NCBI GenBank assembly: GCA_964590025.1
Contig: CAZPWD010000001.1
Coordinates: forward strand, 1-37,326
DNA from: an uncultured Nitrospira sp.
Lineage (GTDB): Bacteria; Nitrospirota; Nitrospiria; Nitrospirales; Nitrospiraceae
Length of the DNA: 37,326 nt
Direction of reading: 5' to 3'
Shown: positions 34,600 to 37,326 of the stretch, piece after piece
How positions within the stretch are numbered: position 1 is the first letter of the stretch
Layout: each line of letters begins with the position of its first letter
The notes under the pieces: model-generated
Database searches by the model: none
What the model saw: only the letters and a program-made list of their open reading frames with translations
Told to the model about the DNA's origin: nothing
Position numbers and translations under genes: made by a program

Positions 34600-35316
34600 T
34601 TAATCGACATTCAGTAACTCCGGCTGGAGCAGAACCACTTCACTGGACAGGGGCTGTCGGAAATTCATCCGGCAATAACAGGCATACGTCACATACGTAT
34701 CTTGTAGGCAGTACCGAGCCAACTCAAGCCCCTGTCCTTTCCCCCACATTTCAGCCACCTGAGCCCCACTGCCCGATTTAGTTTCGACGTTCAGCGCTCT
34801 CGCCAGCACGTCGAGTTTCACCCACCCACGCGTATCCCAATTGCTCCAGATCGCCATTGTGTCGTAAACCGGTTCCGTGCGGAACTTGGCGAGGTTGACA
34901 TCCAGACTCGGCTTGACTTGGTGGATGATCGATCGCTTCTTAATGAACGGGAGGTCGAAGCCCAGACCGTTATGGGTGATGAAGAGAGACGGGCGGTTCT
35001 GAGCCAAACGGCTCCAGAATTGTCGCAACAACTCCCGCTCATCCCCGCCATACCAGGCCACCGACCCACGCGGCTCGAGCTGGTCAGAAAATTCCAACAG
35101 GCCGATACAGACGATCTGACTGAACGTGCCGTCAAAGGCGGACTTCGCATATTGTTCATCCTCAGCGCGTCGTTGAGCTTCGGCAGCTCCCGCCGTAAAC
35201 AAATCGTAGCCCTCGCCTGCCGGCTCAGATTCGCCGATTGACGGAAGCTTCCCCACCAGCCGCGCCCATTCTTCCCGAGGCGCTTGAATGGTCTCAATAT
35301 CCAGGACGACCTTCAT
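34600..35316 (-). CDS. 3'-5' exonuclease, RNase H-like fold, related to the PolB exonuclease domain (PF10108-like)
   Basis: Exo I is LDIET, Exo II is HNGLGFDLPF and Exo III is YCLQD. Its ATG overlaps the mutT TGA as ATGA. Confidence 0.75.
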   Translation of the reverse strand: MKVVLDIETIQAPREEWARLVGKLPSIGESEPAGEGYDLFTAGAAEAQRRAEDEQYAKSAFDGTFSQIVCIGLLEFSDQLEPRGSVAWYGGDERELLRQFWSRLAQNRPSLFITHNGLGFDLPFIKKRSIIHQVKPSLDVNLAKFRTEPVYDTMAIWSNWDTRGWVKLDVLARALNVETKSGSGAQVAEMWGKGQGLELARYCLQDTYVTYACYCRMNFRQPLSSEVVLLQPELLNVD

Positions 35317-35717
35317 AAAGTCTGCCCTATAGCCTGCCGCCGTAAGGCCTCGATGATCGGACGGTCCGCTGGGGGAAACTCAAAGTCGCCCAACTCGTGG
35401 GGCCACACCCATCGAATTTCCGCGCAGTCGATTGCTGTGGCGTGTCCGGTCTCGATCCTGCAACGGAAGAAATGCAGCTCCACAATTTTCTCCACATACT
35501 CGTGTCGAATGATCTGAAAAGGTACCGGCATGTCGATACGAATACCCAGCTCCTCGAACAACTCCCGCCGTAGACATTCTTCCAATGTTTCACCCGGCTC
35601 GCACTTCCCGCCTGGAAACTCCCAGAAACCCGCCAAGTGCACGCCCGGATTCCGTCGGGCGATCAAGTAGCGACCCTCACGATAAACAAGACCGGCAGCG
35701 ACTTCAATGACCTTCAT
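35313..35717 (-). CDS. mutT: NUDIX hydrolase, MutT-type (8-oxo-dGTP diphosphatase-like)
   Basis: The Nudix box GGKCEPGETLEECLRRELFEELGI is intact. It also carries the MutT-like FPPADRPII C-terminal motif. The gene overlaps the upstream glycosylase gene by 14 nt. Confidence 0.85.
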   Translation of the reverse strand: MKVIEVAAGLVYREGRYLIARRNPGVHLAGFWEFPGGKCEPGETLEECLRRELFEELGIRIDMPVPFQIIRHEYVEKIVELHFFRCRIETGHATAIDCAEIRWVWPHELGDFEFPPADRPIIEALRRQAIGQTL

Positions 35718-36456
35718 GCCGCACCGTCGCTCTTCGCGATTTCTGATCGAAGGGGTACGTCTTGCAAAATGATTTCATCGGACATTGCCGGCAGGAGGGA
35801 TTTCTTGCCGTGCAGCAGGTCGCCCCAAAGTCCATGATCGCCTGGTTGAAGTCGTAACCCTTCCCACTTGGAATTAGGGCTTCCGACAATTGCCAGAGCT
35901 TCGCCTTTCGAGCCTTGGGATTGCCCTTCGCCATGAACACCCGATGAAGAACCCGAATGACATTCGTATCTAGGATCGGTGCATCTTCGTTGAATGCGAA
36001 CGACCGAATCGCACCGGCTGTGTAACGTCCAATTCCCTTGAACGACAGCAATTCCTCCGCATCGCTCGGAAGATGGCCCCCATACCGCTCCACTGTCTCG
36101 CACGCGATACTATGTAATCGCTCCGGCCGAATATTGTAGCCTAGCGGATACCACGTCTTCTTCACATCCGAGACCGGCGCATCAGCCAACTCTTCAAAGC
36201 TTGGGTAGCGGTCTAGAAACTCATGGTATTTCGGAATCACCCGATCGACCTGAGTCTGTTGCAACATCACTTCTGAGACCAGAATGTGGTAGGGGTCGGA
36301 GGTCTTTCGCCAAGGCAGATCACGGCCATGTTTCTCGTACCACTTCAGCAACCGAACCTGAAAACGGCGTTTCTGCGAGGCGTCGAGGCCGGGGGACTGC
36401 TTCGAGATCTTCTTCTTGCGCTGCGAGGATGTTCGTGAGCCAGAGGTGGTGGGCAT
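35704..36456 (-). CDS. mutY: MutY-family adenine DNA glycosylase, catalytic core only (no C-terminal MutT-like domain)
   Basis: It carries VSEVMLQQTQV, the HhH motif FKGIGRYTAGAI without a catalytic Lys, the catalytic Asp in LDTNVIRVL, and a [4Fe-4S] loop with C-x6-C-x2-C-x5-C spacing. The protein ends right after the cluster. The start is ambiguous between the ATG at 36456 and the GTG at 36498. Confidence 0.82.
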   Translation of the reverse strand: MPTTSGSRTSSQRKKKISKQSPGLDASQKRRFQVRLLKWYEKHGRDLPWRKTSDPYHILVSEVMLQQTQVDRVIPKYHEFLDRYPSFEELADAPVSDVKKTWYPLGYNIRPERLHSIACETVERYGGHLPSDAEELLSFKGIGRYTAGAIRSFAFNEDAPILDTNVIRVLHRVFMAKGNPKARKAKLWQLSEALIPSGKGYDFNQAIMDFGATCCTARNPSCRQCPMKSFCKTYPFDQKSRRATVRHEGH

Positions 36457-36565
36457 CGCAACGTCAAACCAATGGCGGCATTCTAGAAGTGCGTCCACCG
36501 AAAATCAAATGGCAGCCATGAGGAACAGGTGCTGCAAGCTCAAATTTCCAATGATCGCTATTTCT

Positions 36566-36594
36566 TTGACAACCACCCGTTCACCGACTAGCCT
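36566..36594 (+). promoter_or_regulatory. candidate sigma70-type promoter for the PilZ pair
   Basis: TTGACA (36566-36571), a 17-nt spacer and TAGCCT (36589-36594). Confidence 0.3.
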
Positions 36595-36673
36595 TTCCTG
36601 AGGGAAGGCAATGTCAGCAGGAGCCTCATCAGCGAGGCATCTTTGGAAACGGATGACTTTTCAGGGCACCTAG

Positions 36674-36991
36674 ATGACGGAACAGAGGCAGCACGTTCGC
36701 TATCAGGTGGACTTGACTGCTACATTTTCGGGCGACCATACCGGGATAGGGATCGTACACAACCTCGGGATGGCTGGCTGCAACGTCGTGAGCGATCTTG
36801 CGGTACAGAGCGGCGTCCTCCTCACGGTGCGCCTCCGGATTCCGGAACAGCCTCTTGCCATCACCATTCGAGCCGCCACAGTTCGGTGGACACGGGAACT
36901 CGAGTTTGGGGTGGAATTTCTTGAGATGCAGAAGACGGAACGAGCCCGTCTGGAGCAGTTCCTGGCAACCCAGGTGAACATCGCCGCATAG
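36674..36991 (+). CDS. PilZ domain protein
   Basis: It carries QRQHVR (RxxxR) and NLGMAG (D/NxSxxG-like) motifs. It is a 105-aa single-domain protein. Confidence 0.75.
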   Translation: MTEQRQHVRYQVDLTATFSGDHTGIGIVHNLGMAGCNVVSDLAVQSGVLLTVRLRIPEQPLAITIRAATVRWTRELEFGVEFLEMQKTERARLEQFLATQVNIAA

Positions 36992-37011
36992 GAAACACTC
37001 AAAGCACAGCT

Positions 37012-37326
37012 ATGGTCACCAGAAAGCATCCCAGATTTTCCGTGTCGCTCTCCAGCACCTTGGTACATAAGAATCAGTTCCGCCATGCGGGGTCCGTCCG
37101 AAACCTTTCGGTCAAGGGATGCCGCGTAGACTGTATCATCAGCCCCTTTACCGGCATGCAGCTCACTGTGCAGTTGCATATCCCTGGTGAGTCCAGGCCG
37201 ATCTTAATCGACAATGCCGCAGTCCGCTGGTCCGGGTCCGCCGGCATCGGCCTAGAGTTCCTGACAGTAGCCCCCCTGCATCAAGACCGCCTGGACCACA
37301 TGATCCGGCAACTCCAGCCCAAGACC
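37012..37326 (+). CDS. PilZ domain protein, 3' end truncated by the window edge (not in the ORF track)
   Basis: The frame from the ATG at 37012 stays open to the window end. It translates as MVTRKHPRFSVSL...VRNLSVKGCRV...AAVRWSGSAGIGLEF, with RKHPR and NLSVKG motifs. It is paralogous to the preceding gene. Confidence 0.6.
   Translation, partial: MVTRKHPRFSVSLSSTLVHKNQFRHAGSVRNLSVKGCRVDCIISPFTGMQLTVQLHIPGESRPILIDNAAVRWSGSAGIGLEFLTVAPLHQDRLDHMIRQLQPKT

Noticed and set aside
35704-35717. A frameshift or sequencing error that splits a full-length MutY into the glycosylase and Nudix ORFs.
   Set aside because: The downstream ORF has its own ATG and a fully intact catalytic Nudix box with a MutT-like C-terminus. 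The MutY C-terminal domain normally lacks these catalytic residues. The 14-nt overlap looks like ordinary translational coupling. The idea is still worth checking against raw reads.

Overview
This is a densely coded, moderately GC-rich chromosomal window from a diderm bacterium, and the gene content is almost entirely housekeeping. The gene set and the intergenic repeat types remind me of Nitrospirota-like environmental genomes, but I cannot verify that without a database search.

Gene layout:
- Plus-strand block: lnt, prfB (with its classic +1 frameshift), lysS, a single lolC/E-type permease and lolD, followed by an outer-membrane beta-barrel and lipoprotein pair.
- Minus-strand block: a LysM lipoprotein followed by a complete trpE-G-D-C-F-B-A operon.
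- ligA on the plus strand.
- Minus-strand block: DUF4359 protein, class II ribonucleotide reductase nrdJ, a small nuclease-like ORF, an ACT protein, rlpA and a CBS/CorC transporter.
- ampG.
- Overlapping mtaB-miaB.
- A lipoprotein locus.
- An overlapping mutY-like / mutT / PolB-type 3'-5' exonuclease trio.
- Three single-domain PilZ genes, one of them a partial gene at the 3' edge that is missing from the ORF track.

I found no rRNA, tRNA, CRISPR, transposase, integrase or recognisable defence genes, and I do not see a convincing novel protein system.

The most unusual content is non-coding:
1. A family of long imperfect palindromes built from 9-nt and 7-nt periodic units. They sit between convergent genes and also inside the trp operon.
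2. A roughly 260-bp MITE-like element with terminal inverted repeats, plus a solo repeat end elsewhere. Both right ends abut TAG stop codons.
3. Two copies of a 72-75 nt structured repeat with compensatory stem changes, lying just after pal and miaB.
4. An nrdJ upstream region carrying two perfect DnaA boxes and tandem NrdR-like boxes that overlap a TTGACA promoter.

All functional calls rest on motif recognition by eye.
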